DNA from: Octopus vulgaris
Taxonomy: Eukaryota
Length of the DNA: 64,000 nt
Reading direction: 5' to 3'
NCBI GenBank assembly: GCA_951406725.2
Contig: OX597814.1
Location: 123,504,001-123,568,000 of the forward strand
The position numbers and the translations under genes were made by a program. Every line of letters begins with the position of its first letter. Position 1 is the first letter of the stretch. The notes below the pieces were generated by a model, which saw only the letters and a list, made by a program, of their open reading frames with translations, was not told the origin of the DNA and made no database searches. Below are positions 13,313 through 26,136 of the stretch, one piece after another.

Positions 13313-14029
13313 CTTGTTTCAGTCATTTGACTGTGGCCATGCTGGAGCACCACCTTTAGTTGAGCAAATTGACCAAAGGACTTATTCTTTGTAAGCCTAG
13401 TACTTATTCTATCAGTCTCTTTTGCCGAACCAGTAAGTTACGGGGACGTAAACACACCACCATCGGTTGTCAAACGATGTTGGGGGGACAAACACAGACA
13501 CACAAACGTATACACACACACACATGCATATATATATATATATATAGATACATATATACACAACAGGCTTCTTTCAGTTTTCATCTACCAAATCCACACA
13601 CAAGGCTTTGGTTGGCCCGAGGCTATAGTAGAAGACACTTGCCCAAGGTGCCACGCAGTGGGACTGAACCCAGAACCATATGGTAAGCTACTTACCACAC
13701 AGCCACTTCTATATATATATATATATATGGAGAAAGAGAGAGAGAGAGAGTAACATCCATATTGTGAGTCTCCTCTCTATCACCACACTTAACACTTTCC
13801 CAGTCCTTACACTTCAGTACTGTAACCCTCTGGTATCTCTCTCCAACATACTTTTACTCCATAGAGCAGCTAATAGATATTCAAGCTGATCACAAACCAC
13901 ATCAATCTCACCAGTATGTGTGAACCTACAAATGCCATGGGGGTCTGTCCCTCCTTCTGTATTTCATTCTTTTTTTTTTTTTATGAATGCTCTGAATATT
14001 ATTGTAGGCCAAAGGGGCTTAGCCAATAA

Positions 14030-14487
14030 TATAACCTCCTGGAATCTGTCCAGAGACGTGCAACCAAACGCATACCCTCCATCAGACACCTACCATATTC
14101 TGAGCGCCTTGTTTCCCTGGGCATGGATTCACTGAAGCTCCGGCGTTTGGCGACGGACTTGGTAAACACCCACAAAGTTATCAACCACCTCACCAACAAC
14201 AACACTGAACACCTTTTTGATCTCCATGTGTCTAACACACGTGGACATGCCTACAAAGTCAGAAAACAATACAGCTCCCATGACTTTCGGAAACATTTTT
14301 TCACGCTCAGAGTTGCTGAAGCATGGAATAAACTGCCTGCGTCAGTTGTTGACTGCCATGACACTGCATCTTTTAAGGCCCTCATGTTTTCCGAAATCCG
14401 CCGAAACTACACCTGATTATATATACACTTTAGATGAGTTGTAGTGCACCTGAGCACTGTACACAATTATTATTATTATTATTATAA
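14030..14487 (+). mobile_element. CR1-type LINE 3' end
   Basis: VQRRATKRIPSIRHLPYSERL..LKLRRLATDL..NTRGHAYKV..RKHFFTLRVAEAWNKLPASVV, ending in an (ATT)n tail. Confidence 0.88.
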
Positions 14488-14548
14488 CCTGCTTACTGTT
14501 TCATCTATTATGCAAGAAGACACAAGGAGGCTGAAGGACAATGGTTAC

Positions 14549-14896
14549 CTGTTGTAACTGTTGCATGTTGACCGGGCTGGTTGTAGTCACATTTTGCAGA
14601 GAGGAAATTCCATTTGATGTAACATTTACATTCACAGGTTGCTGTTGTTGCTGTGGTTGTTGTTGTAGCTGTTGTGGTTGTTGTTGCTGTGGCGGTTGTG
14701 GTGGAAGCTGCTGCGGCTGCGGCTGCTGCTGTTGATGATGATGATGAGGCTGTACAACTGTTTGTGGAGATGTTGCAACAACCGCTTGAGGTACAACTTG
14801 TTGAAGTTGTTGTTGTTGTTGTTGTTGTGGTACTGCTGCTGTTGCCGTTGTTGCTTGTTGTTGTGGAAGTTGTTGTTGATGGAGAAGCAAGTTGAT
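14549..14896 (-). CDS. SREBP: SREBP coding exon 3 (Gln/Pro/His-rich)
   Basis: Tandem acceptor tttttgtagcag|ATC AAC TTG (alternative start 14899); donor CAG|gtaacc. 348 nt, phase 0-0, in the frame of ORF 14501..14890. Confidence 0.82.
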
Positions 14897-15156
14897 CTGC
14901 TACAAAAATATTTAATAAAAAAAAGTATAAACAAATACTGCAACAAAATGTGGTCGGTAACACTACAACACTGACCAAACAGATTGAAAGAGAAAGTAAT
15001 CTTCCAAAGCCGTTTAACTGTTCAGAATATTGGTCTGCAGTCTGCTACAATAGATGAAAGCAGAAACAACCAGATGGTTCTACTGTAAAATTGTTTTTAT
15101 TATAACTCAACATAAAAACAAACATATATATGCATATATATATATATATATATATT

Positions 15157-15341
15157 GATAAAACGGTAAGATAACAAAAGAAAGAAAGAGACCTCAATAT
15201 TATGTAAATAGAGGAAATTTATCTATACAATATGTTACATTACTCGGTAGTCAAGATAAAACTCTGAGTTTCAGATGCCGAAGTGGAAATCCACAACACC
15301 ATCTCTTCGGTTATCTGGCTACCGAGTAATATTGTATAGAT
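15157..15341 (-). mobile_element. PLE pseudo-LTR fragment with hammerhead-like motif (15255-15315) and short inverted copy
   Basis: Minus strand gataa-CCGAAGA-gatg..catc-t-GAAA-ctcagag-TT-ttatc. Same family as 56680-56855. Flanked by (TA)n. Confidence 0.65.
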
Positions 15342-15530
15342 ATATATATATATATATCATTCGCCATGATAGACCTCTAGCCACTACACATTCTTTATTT
15401 TCTCTCCTTGTTTCTTTCTGAGAAAGAGAATAGGCTCGAAAGGGTTTTTTCACTTCTTGAGCGTTAAACTAATACATCTGTTTGTTGTCTACACCACCTG
15501 TCTTCGTCTTTTGTTTTTTTGTGAATTCTC

Positions 15531-15572
<42 letters not shown>

Positions 15573-16874
15573 ATACGCATCTTAGAAGACTAGAATGGAA
15601 TAAAGGAAGCAAGAGCACATATGAAAATGAAAAGTGTTGCCGAAGAGGTCACAGATGTGTGACAAAAGATTTCCAGACAATAGACATGAGTTAAAATAAT
15701 AAAATAAGAACAGTAATAAATGTGTGAAGAAAAAATATATATATATAGTGCATGTGTTTATTTGGAAAAAAAAAAAAAAGAGGAAAAAAAATTACCATCC
15801 AGAAATACAACAATATCTGTTTCAACACACGATTTCACATCAGAATCTTACAAAATGAATTGATAAACGTGTATGTATGTATGTATGTATATATATATAT
15901 ATATATATACATTCAGATATGAATTAGAAGCAGTGCTAGTGTTATAAACATTATCAAACACACATACACAATGTATATAGCTTGTTCACTGGTAGGCTGT
16001 GATTTAGCATGATGGAAATGACTCCCTCAAAGTGCTAGGTGTTAAAACATGTGAAAGTTACAGACTGGCGAGACAACTCACCCAAATTCCAATTAAGGAG
16101 CAATGGACATCAATGTTTCACCATTTTTGTGGCTTATCAACAATGCATACCTGAACCAAATTGGAGGTGAACTGAATCACCAGTCCATGATTATAAACAA
16201 ATAGTGTAAAAACTGTTTGCATACATAAGAATAAATTCAAATATTAGATAGAAGCAGAGGTAGGGTTGTAAACACCAAACACATATACTCAATGTATGTG
16301 CTCTGCTTCTTCACCGATAATGTTGGCAACAGGAAAGGCATCCAGCCATAGAAAATCTGCTTCAACAAAAGACAGCGAGCTGGCAGAAACGTTAGCACGC
16401 CAAGTGAACTGCTTAGCAGTATTTCATCTGACTTTACGTTCTGGGTTCAAATTCCGCCGAGGTCAAACTTTGCCTTTCATCTTTTCGAGGTTAATAAATT
16501 AAGTACCAGTTACCCACTGGGGTCGATGTAATCGACTTAATCCCTTTCTCTGTCCTTGTTTGTCCCCTCTATGTTTAGCCCCTTGTGGGCAATAAAGAAA
16601 TAAGAAAATCTGCTTCAATAAACTGTCTGATCATGCAAGCAATAGAAAAGTGGATGTATGATGATGATGATATATGATAGACTTCCATATAATTTCCATC
16701 AACCGATTTTACCCAAAGATATATGTAGAACATGACACAATATGAAAGTAATGGATAATAAACATTACAAAAAGTTTAATTGAAGCAACCATCATATTTC
16801 TAATCACAGACAGACACCAGCCACTTTTAAGCTATCTTGACAATAGTATACAACCAATTTGAATGGTAATTGTA

Positions 16875-17207
16875 GTTAAGACACCAGTGCTGGTGACACG
16901 TAAAAGCACCGTTTGAGCGTGGCAGTTACTAGCATCGCCTGACTGGTGTCCGTGTCGGTGACACGTAAAAGCACCAACCGATCGTGGCCGTTTGCCAGCC
17001 TGCACTGGCTCCTGTGCCAGTGGCATGTAAAAAACACTCACGGAGTGGTTGGCGTTAGGAAGGGCATCCAGCTGTAGAAACACTGCCAAATTCAGACTGG
17101 AGCCTGGTGCAGCCTCCATGGCTTACCAGACCCCGGTCAAACTGTCCAACCCATGCTAGCATGGAAAACTGACGTTAAATGATGATGGTGATGGTGATGA
17201 TGATGAT
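16875..17207 (+). mobile_element. SINE-like family C with (GAT)n tail and internal tandem units (representative copy)
   Basis: Repeated cacgtaaaagcacc units, then ggaagggcatccagctgtagaaac...catgctagcatggaaa...(gat)n. Other copies near 11805, 18218, 23595(-), 36140(-), 43990, 56888, 59070(-), 61320(-), 62600(-). Confidence 0.8.
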
Positions 17208-17293
17208 AGGGGCATATAGGGGTGATGGTGATGCAGACGTTTCTAAAATTCCAGGCACAAACAGGAAACAAAGAGAAAGAGGCAATAATTTAC

Positions 17294-17459
17294 CTGAGCA
17301 TTTTGTAATGACGTTGTCGGTGTAAGGCTGACAATTGGTTGTTGTATAGAAGAAGTCACAGTAACAGCTTGTAATTGGGGCTGGTTGATGAGCATAGCTT
17401 GTGCTAGCTGCTGCTGCTGTTGTTGTTGTTGCTGCTGCTGCTGCTGTTGTTGTTGTTGT

Positions 17460-17494
<35 letters not shown>

Positions 17495-17504
17495 TTGCTG
17501 TTGC

Positions 17505-17535
<31 letters not shown>

Positions 17536-17550
17536 GCTGCTGCTGCTGCT

Positions 17551-17582
<32 letters not shown>

Positions 17583-18075
17583 TGTTGCTGTTGTTGTGGT
17601 TGTGGTGATAAAATCTGTGGAGTCTGCACAATAGAACCAGTGTTAACAACACTGGTTACTTCCATCGGTTGTGGCTGTGAAGGAACCGGTGTTTGTATTT
17701 TAAGCTCATCTTTATGTTGTTGGGAAGCCAACAATGATGCTTTTAGTTTAGCAAGGGCCAACAACTGGTCATCAGTCAAATTGATGCAGTCAGGGAGATT
17801 CTTATCAGAAGCAGGAGCTACTTCAGTTTTTATGAATGTGTCAGGGACCTGTTGGTTTTCAGCAATTTTCTGTGGAATCACCGTAGTCCCAACATTAGAT
17901 ACAACAGGGGAAGTCTTTGCAGCTTCTTCTTTGTCAGGTTTGGCAAAATTAAATGAATTAACCAAATCTTCAGAAAGTAATTCTGGATCTTGTTTGATGT
18001 TGAAATTGAGTTGACCTCCAAAGAGATCATTTTCTGGAAGATTTTGTCCATCAGGATAGATATATTTTATCATAT
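17294..18075 (-). CDS. SREBP: SREBP coding exon 2 (end of activation domain, polyQ63)
   Basis: Acceptor ttttcag|AT ATG ATA; donor CAG|gtaaat. 782 nt, phase 1 to 0. Lies within ORF 17243..18088. Confidence 0.9.
17408..17596 (-). repeat. Coding (CAA/CAG)63 repeat
   Basis: 189 nt of CAA and CAG codons only, within exon 2. Confidence 0.95.
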
Positions 18076-19063
18076 CTGAAAATAACATGAAAGAAAGACA
18101 AATGTTATTTTTTTTTGTTTCAAATCTGTTCCTTTATTCTAAAACTTTTTTATTTAATTTTGTTGTTTGCTAAAATACAGAAAGAAAAGTTTGTTGAAAT
18201 ATCACACATATTATATGAAGGGCATCCAGCTGTAGAAACTTTGCCAGATCAGATTGGAGTCTGGTGCAGCCAACTGGTTCGCTAGACCTCAGTCAAATCC
18301 TCCAACCCATGCTAGCATGGAAAGCGGACGTTAAATGATGATGATGATGATGATTTACTTAATATTTTGGTATATTGTGTGTAAGTACCTCAGGAAAATG
18401 AAGAAAACAGGCTATAACTTGTAAAATAGAAGATTTGGATGGTATGAAGATGTAATGCAGTTAGGAATGAATATAAAAATAATAAACAATCGAGAGAGAG
18501 AGAGGCTTTAAAGTAAAATATTTGTAATACAGGAAGACAGGCTAATATAGATTAGTCTGACTTATTAAATATGAATTGTAATAGAGAAAATCAACTGAGA
18601 CACTGGAGCAAGATGTAGTCTCCTAACCTATTGAATCCTGTTAAAGTGTCCAGCCCACAGAAACCAGGTGTACAATAATGCTGGTGGTGATGACGGTGAT
18701 GATCAACCTACTTAAAATTATTTCCTCTAGGATTACATTAGCACAGAGTAATCCTTCACAAGCAAGAGACATGGAGAATATCTCAGCAGAGAATTGACTG
18801 ACATTAGAACAACGAAAAACAAGAGTCAACCATAGCAGAATATGAACTCAGAACCTAGAGGAATAAAACTTTATGCCATAAACACATTTAGTACATTTTC
18901 TTACTGTTTATGTCCTTGCTCCCTAAAGAATTAATAATGAGAGAACTGACTGCTTCTAGTGTGTAATCAAGGTAATCAGCAGAATTATCTCAAAGTATTG
19001 TACTTTATGTTGACATATTACGATAACAAACATACACATATACATACACACTTGCATACATGT

Positions 19064-19096
<33 letters not shown>

Positions 19097-20472
19097 TAGG
19101 CTTGATTGAGTGAGGCTTTAAAACAAAGAGTCTAGTTTAATAATTAACTATTAAATAATGATAATTGAGTCACAGAACATATCCAAGTAATCATAATATA
19201 TTTATAAACTTATCAGTTTGCATGTTTTACACAACAGCTATTTATGGCACCAGCCAAAAACTGACTAGTCAGTAAATGTCAGCATGTTTCTTTTGATGTA
19301 CAATGAGTCATTAAAGATGAGTTTTATAAGAAAGAACAAGATGAACACACACACACACACACACATATATTATATAATAATAATCTTTTTGTAAGATTTC
19401 ATCAACCCACATTTCTGGAGCCTGTATGTATGAATAAACCAGAAAAGAGATAATTTATCAAAGTCCTCTATGCAGATCAATGAGATATCTAAACAAAGAG
19501 CAATTTAAATAGTTATTGTACATATGCTATCACTGAAGGTCAAGTGTGATAGTCCTTCACATAGATATATTTAATGTCAAGTGACTGACCAGCCTTGTCA
19601 TGGCAGGGTATAAAGGAGAAGAATGGTCTTTGATATGTGAATAACTAGAATCTCGAGATATGGCTCATTACTAGACAATGGAGAGGCAGGAAAATAAAAC
19701 TTGCAATAACTGATTGTGTATATTATAGTGCTATAACACGGAAGTAAAATATAGAATAGCATTTCATACTATTTGTTAGCAGTCTCTGCTTAAAAATATT
19801 TATCTGCATTTTATTATACATCAAACATATACAGCTTCAATCTAATTCTAGCTAAAGACTGTCATGTAAACAGATTATCAAGTCTAGTGACTATCTCTTT
19901 TAACTGACAAATCAAGAATGTCTAGTTGTTTATTAACCACAGATCTGTTGTGATCAAACACACCTATGATCCACAATATTCCCATAATGACTATCCTATG
20001 TTTCCTATGTGTTAGGAACTCAAAAACATATTATCCAACATGTCCTTTTTTAAGTGTGATTTGAGGGAGGTTTATTATCAGGGGAGTTCAGAAATGTTCA
20101 GTCAGTGCCTTCATCAGAGGAAATTCATGCTGAAAACATGGAATTCACCATTTGCCGACTAAGGAAAAGCTACCAAACTCAGACATCTTTAGCAGGTGCA
20201 TTGTAGACATAACTGGTACTGGTAAAAGTGGGGTAACACCACCTTACCCAAGGCTTCACTGTTGAGTTTTGTTCCAGAATTTTTTGTTTACAAAATAAAC
20301 TGACCATGACATTTTCCTCCCACCAGTTGTAGAGAGGTTACGTGACTCCGGCCATTTGAGTAGGATGAATTGCTTTATACAGCCAAGTGCCTTATAGCTG
20401 TGAAATTACATGTGGATTGTAGGCGATGTTTTCCCTCTGTCTTCCTTTTCTTTTGGCCTTTCTTCTGTCTCC

Positions 20473-20509
20473 TGTTTCTGAAGAAGAGCTTTGCTCAAAA
20501 CATAAAACA
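20473..20509 (+). ncRNA. CpG-decayed minimal hammerhead
   Basis: tgttt-CTGAAGA-a-gagc-ttt-gctc-aAAA-caTA-aaaca. Reverting two CpG-type transitions gives GAAACGTA. Confidence 0.55.
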
Positions 20510-20727
20510 CCCTTTCTTTCCTTCTCTGAGCATCTTATTAATACTTTGCTTGTACCACGTCCACGTGTTGTTGCTTTTCTTGTTGTCAGTTTTTCTCCAT
20601 TTTTTTAAAAATTAATTATTTGCCGCATGCTCACATGGATCCCCGTCCTTCCAACTGGCTTTGGAGTACTTAATATACATATATGTGTGTGTGTGTACAT
20701 ATGTATATATATATATACACATATATA

Positions 20728-21608
20728 CGAGTTCTGATCAATAACTATCTAGACTGTTGCCATAGTAATGAAGCTAAAGCACACAGAGTGAAGCTGCTTG
20801 GCATAGATTGACTTTGAACTCTGCTGTGCATGAGCACTAAGTTTTAATGTTCTAGCTTATTTCCATTATTTACAGTAGTACTTGGAAGGAAGGTGTGTAG
20901 TGTGTGATTGTCGCATTGACCATGATATGGAAGGTTGTCATGGTGATACCTGCTCAGAGGCCTACAAAAAATTGCAGAAAGTGTATGGAGAGGAATGTAT
21001 GAGTTGCACAAAAGTGTATGAGTAGTTCAGACGTTTCAAGGATGGCCAAAAAAATGTCGATATTGATGAACGTTCTGAGAGACCCCGCAATCAGCACAAC
21101 TGAGAAACACATCGGTGTGCATGCAGCTGTAAGGGGAAATCATCAAATCACCATCCAGAAGTTATCAGAGGATGTGCAGGTTAGTTACAGTTCAGTTCAG
21201 TCCATTATCATAGAAGATTTGGATACGAGACAAGTTTGTGCCAAAACTGCTTTCAGCTGACTAAAAAGACATTCAGGTTTCAGTTGCACAAGATCTCCTT
21301 GATTATGTTGAGAATGATGAAAATACTTTTTGAAAACTTTGCATGGGCCTCTGAGCAGGGACCGCCAAGCTTTTGGCAAAATTTGATGCAGATTCTCTGC
21401 TCAACCTTCTCTATCGTGGTTAATACAATCACACGCTACACACCTTCCTTACAAGCACTGTTGAAAACAGCAGAACTGAGCTAAAATGTTAAAATTTAGT
21501 GTACATGCACAGCAGAGTTCAAGGTCAATCAATGCCAAACAGCTTCACTCTGCGTAGTTCAGCTTTATTACTATGGCAACAGTGAGGATACTTATTGATC
21601 AGACCACG
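20728..21608 (+). mobile_element. Internally deleted mariner with long terminal inverted repeats
   Basis: TA flanks; diverged TIRs of about 190 bp (cgagttctgatcaataa.. / ..ttattgatcagaccacg). Transposase remnant EAYKKLQKVYGEECMS..VYE*FRRFKDG..DERSERP. Confidence 0.85.
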
Positions 21609-21980
21609 TATATACACAGATATCTCTTCTATCTTTTCTCTTTCCAAAGAAAATATTTTTCAGTGTTCGCTATTCCACCCCTCGTTCTGGTCTAACGACC
21701 CTCCATATTTGTTTTCATTCAGTTTCCACTCTCCTATTTTTGTTCCCTCCATAAAATCCAAAATTTATTTTGGAAGTTATGGGAGCAACTGTCTTCGAAG
21801 ACTCATATTGTCATTGAATGATGGAAATGAGGAGTAGATAGACATCCAGCAACTGATGAAGGGTCATTCTTTGTGTTACTTGTCCTGTTTTCAATTTTTT
21901 TCTCTCATTGTTTGAAAATTTAACTTGCTTGTTTTCGTACTTCATGTTGTTTACAGTTGGTGACATCCTGTACCCATATA

Positions 21981-22029
<49 letters not shown>

Positions 22030-22327
22030 TATATTATGTGTGTGTGAAGGCATTTTACATCTGCTTTCCATACTGGCATGGGTAGAACAGAGTTGCCAAG
22101 AAATGACTTGGGGAGCTTTTACAATTTTTGATTTAATATCAGTAAAGCATAAGTTTTATGGAATCTTTTCTTTTACTGTTATAATTCCACCATTTTTACA
22201 ACTCAACAATAGGTGGTATCTCTTATTAACAACTTTCAATCAAACTTGAACACCTGCTGCTAGAAACCAACAGTGTAGCACTTGAAATTTATTTACAAAT
22301 CTTTTCTGTCTTCAAATATTTATTTAA

Positions 22328-22542
22328 CCCTTTAGGATTCAGATTTCTCAGTCAAAAGTAATACTTATTATTCATTCATGTTGCTTTGAAGTAATCATGT
22401 ATTATCTCACAGCTCTGGGATTTTGATGATGTGGTAGTTTAATTTTAAAATAATATTGTAGGGTAGGTGTGAGATCTTGCCGGTTCAACATAAAACTGGC
22501 AGAATATTTGGGCCGAATATGGTTGGTTTGAATGCTAAAGGG
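22328..22542. mobile_element. piggyBac-type MITE (subfamily 1)
   Basis: TTAA|CCCTTTAGGATTC ... GAATGCTAAAGGG|TTAA; homologous to 6653-6872. Confidence 0.85.
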
Positions 22543-25500
22543 TTAAGTCAGTCTTAAGTGTTCCAAATCATCTATCTCAAAGCACAAAATTTAACTTTAA
22601 CACATGACACAATGGAATCTCTACATAGAAACTTCAACTGCTAGAAATAACAGCCAAGCCTTGCTTAAATTACAGGCTACTATCATTAAAAAGAAACTGA
22701 TTGAATTAATTAATGTGTTCCTAATTGCAGGAAAAAGTACGATGAAGGCTGCATCACCTTGGGTCATAGGCATATTGCATTTAATCAGCACTGAGATGGA
22801 GCTAAACAATAAATAACATTCAACTGCTGGTCACTTAAAATTCTTATCCCTACAGAAAAAAGAATCCTGGTCCCTTTTAAGTTCCAGCAATTTTCATAGA
22901 TTATTTGCAATTTAAGAAATCTTCCACATGTAAATTAGCATCTTATATTATGAAGAAATCTATAAGAGTAAAGGAGAGTATTGTACAACTCTGAGTTTTA
23001 TATGTGTAATGAATGTGGATATTTTCCTTTAGGAAAAAAACTCAACATCAAAGAGTAGAGCTTTTCATGAAGGAACTCACTGAAATTAGAAATCAACTCA
23101 AACCCATTACAATAAATGTATGTGTGGTGAGTTGTGGTGTGTTATAGTACACAACAAATTACAAATACACCCTTTAAAACAATAACTGAACAGCTTCGGT
23201 TCAAATGAGCGATATTTATTAATAGATCATTTAAGCCATTGTTATTCATTTTCATTTACTGATGATCATGCCTATTTAATTAATTCAATCAGCTTAATGT
23301 TAAGAGAAAATCTGTATTTGAACTAAAACCAAATAACGCATAGAGAAGACTCAGAAATATTGATCAGTTTGTAGGCACAAGTTCTTTGGTTTACCACTTA
23401 ATCTAAATAAGACAGAAATACTATTTCAGCCAGAACTCTCATGAAATACAGTGGAATGAAGCAGAAAGTGACTTGAAATATGTGATTCAGAAAAGGAAAT
23501 GACATGTAGAATTATGATATAGCAGGCAAAACAGTTGGTAAATTGTGTAAAAGACTAACAAGATTTATGGTCTAGACAACACTTACACAAGATCATCATC
23601 ATCATTTAACGTCCGCTTTCCATGCTAGCATGGGTTGGATGATTTGACTGAGGACTGGCTGCACCAGGCTCCAATCTTAATCTGGCAGAGTTTCTACAGC
23701 TGGATGCCCTTCCTAATCCTCTATAACCCTTTAAATACCAACTACCTGAGACTGTCTTTGGCTTTATGACACCAAGTGATTTACTTTAAAATCTTCCATC
23801 AAAATTCCAACTAAATCCATCAAAATTCCAATTAAATTCCATCAAAATCAAACTAGTCAGTGATACAATTCTGTCACAACTGGATGGTGTAGAAGAGTGT
23901 CCCTAACTAGGTCTTAGACATACAATTAAATTTTTGCATATTTTAGAGTATATAACTTCACAAAATAAACAGGATACAACAGCAAATGTGTATGAATTTT
24001 AAATGGCTATTAGGTACTTAACAAGTGCCACCATAGAAATTTATGTTCCAAACACCCAATTTAATAATAATAACAGTATTTTACTTAATTCTTCATTATT
24101 TTCAGAATTAATTGAAACAAAGGCAGTATATTTCAACGGAAATATAACAATATGGATAAATGGCAACTGGAATAGCTTCAACAATTTCTCAACTTATGAA
24201 AATTCAACTTGTCTTAAGTCCATACAAATACACCCAACTGGTTATATTTGAATGGATATGCAGAGCATATGTAACAGCTGAATACTACAAGATCAAATCA
24301 GTGCTGTTCATGTAAAAATATTTCTTGAATTGCACTAGTTTCTCTTACCTTCAAATGAGTAAATAAGACTGAATTTGAACCTGTAATCTTCAATAGCAGA
24401 AATAATTACATTTAAAAAAAAAAAATTAAACGGACAGAGATAATTTTCAATCCTTTGTAAAGCAGCTGAGAATAGTGAGGCTGGCCAAGAAGGAGAACCA
24501 ACCCTAAGCCAACTTTAACATAATGGTATGGTAAAAGAAACAAAATTTTTGGACAAAACAATCGTTATTTAAGTAAGCAGTTGTCAGATTCTTTAGTAAC
24601 TCTTCAAACAGATGATTGAGGAGATAAAAATGGCATTAAACACATTTAATCAATAACTAGTTAGTTTGCAATTATACAAAAACAGAATGTTTAACGACTA
24701 TAGAGTTAAAAGAAAATAAGAGACATCTAAAGAAGGTGGCAAACTAAGTAAGCTTTACTTATCCATTTTTATTCCAGCCATTGGACTGTGGCCATGCTAG
24801 GGCACTGCCTTGAACAAAATAGATCCAGTACTTATTTTAAAGTCTGGTATGTATTCTACCAGTATCCCTTGCTAACTGCTAAGTTATAGGGATGTAAACA
24901 AACCAACACCACTTGTCCAGTGATAAGGGACAAATGCAAATATGTGCACACACACACACACACATATAAAGGCTTCCACACATTTTCCATCTACTATATT
25001 CACTTATAAGGCATTAGTTGGCCCAGGACTATAGCAAAGGTACTGAACCTGAAATCACATGGTTACAAAGCAAACTTATTAATCGCACAGTTGTGCTTCC
25101 ACCTAAAGTGAAAATAAGTTTGGTGTTGACAGCTGACATTACTCAAGTATTCTGTTGTCAACTTCTGATTGAAGATTTGTTGTTTCATTGGGGTAATAAG
25201 AAAAAGACTTAAAACCATGAGAACCTATACTTCAGTCAGTTACTGGGCTGTGACAACATGTCACAGCTCCTTATCTCCAAGTACAAGATAACATTCATGA
25301 TAACAACTAAAGAATTAAATTTCAATGAATACCAACACTATATAAGCTGATGTATAAGTAAGCTGTTGATTGAGAAAAGGTATTCCAGCTACAACCATTC
25401 CATCTTTCAGTACATTTACATCTTTCTTTTAAGCCGGTATGGTAGTTTATGGGAGAGGTTTGACTTCTATTTCTAGCAGGTCAGATAACCATGTAGAAGC

Positions 25501-25916
25501 TGGCTTGATGAGTCAGAAGTAGGATATTGATCTAGACAAGCTATTTAAATAGTTTGCTATTTGATTAAAAGTGACCTTACAACTACTGGGATAAAAAGGT
25601 CAGAGGTTAAACCATATAGAGTGTGTTAGTCACTACCCTAGGCTGCATCAGACATAGAAGTTGCCTATGTGGTGCACTCTACGATAAAGAACTAGCTAGG
25701 GTAACAAATACATTTTTGAAAACCTCAACAGGTTGTTGGCCCATATCTGAAAGCCTTGTTGCAATGTCAAAGTCAGTTCAGTGGAGTTCATTCATTTCCA
25801 GATTAACTATGAGCAAATATTACATAGTAAGTGAAGCAAAATGGTTCCATCAGGAACCAAACCTTACATCACATAATTGACTTGTTGACAACAAGCACTT
25901 CTGCAACTGGGATTAA

Positions 25917-26136
25917 CCCTTTCGTTACCAACCTGGCTGAAACCGACTCTGGCTCTGAGTACAAATGTCTTGTTTTCATAAGTTTTGAATTAAAACCTTC
26001 CACCAAACCTTAGTCACAATTTATGTTCATAACACTAGTTTAATGATAACCAAGTAATTTTACTAAATTCTTTGTTATATTTAAAGTAATTGAAAGAAAC
26101 ACAAAGCATCTCAAAATAAATACAGTAACGAAAGGG
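25917..26136. mobile_element. piggyBac-type MITE (subfamily 2)
   Basis: TTAA|CCCTTTCGTTACC ... GTAACGAAAGGG|TTAA. An opposite-orientation partial copy lies at about 29855-30052. Confidence 0.85.

Noticed and set aside
16890-17040. Repeat-spacer-like pattern resembling CRISPR
   Set aside because: Eukaryotic context, the spacers resemble one another, no cas genes, and the array is part of a dispersed repeat.
17385-18014. Poly-Cys, poly-Leu and poly-Ala ORFs on the plus strand (also 14541-14974)
   Set aside because: Antisense or off-frame readings of the CAA/CAG repeats.
20196-20206. gtgcattgtag, matching the first 11 nt of miR-33, the known SREBP intronic miRNA
   Set aside because: It is antisense to SREBP, the match stops at 11 nt and I see no precursor hairpin. 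miR-33 is expected in a later intron outside this window.
21846-21975. CTGATGA motifs here and at 20111-20117 (minus) as hammerheads
   Set aside because: No convincing GAAA, stem III and stem I could be paired; at best truncated remnants.
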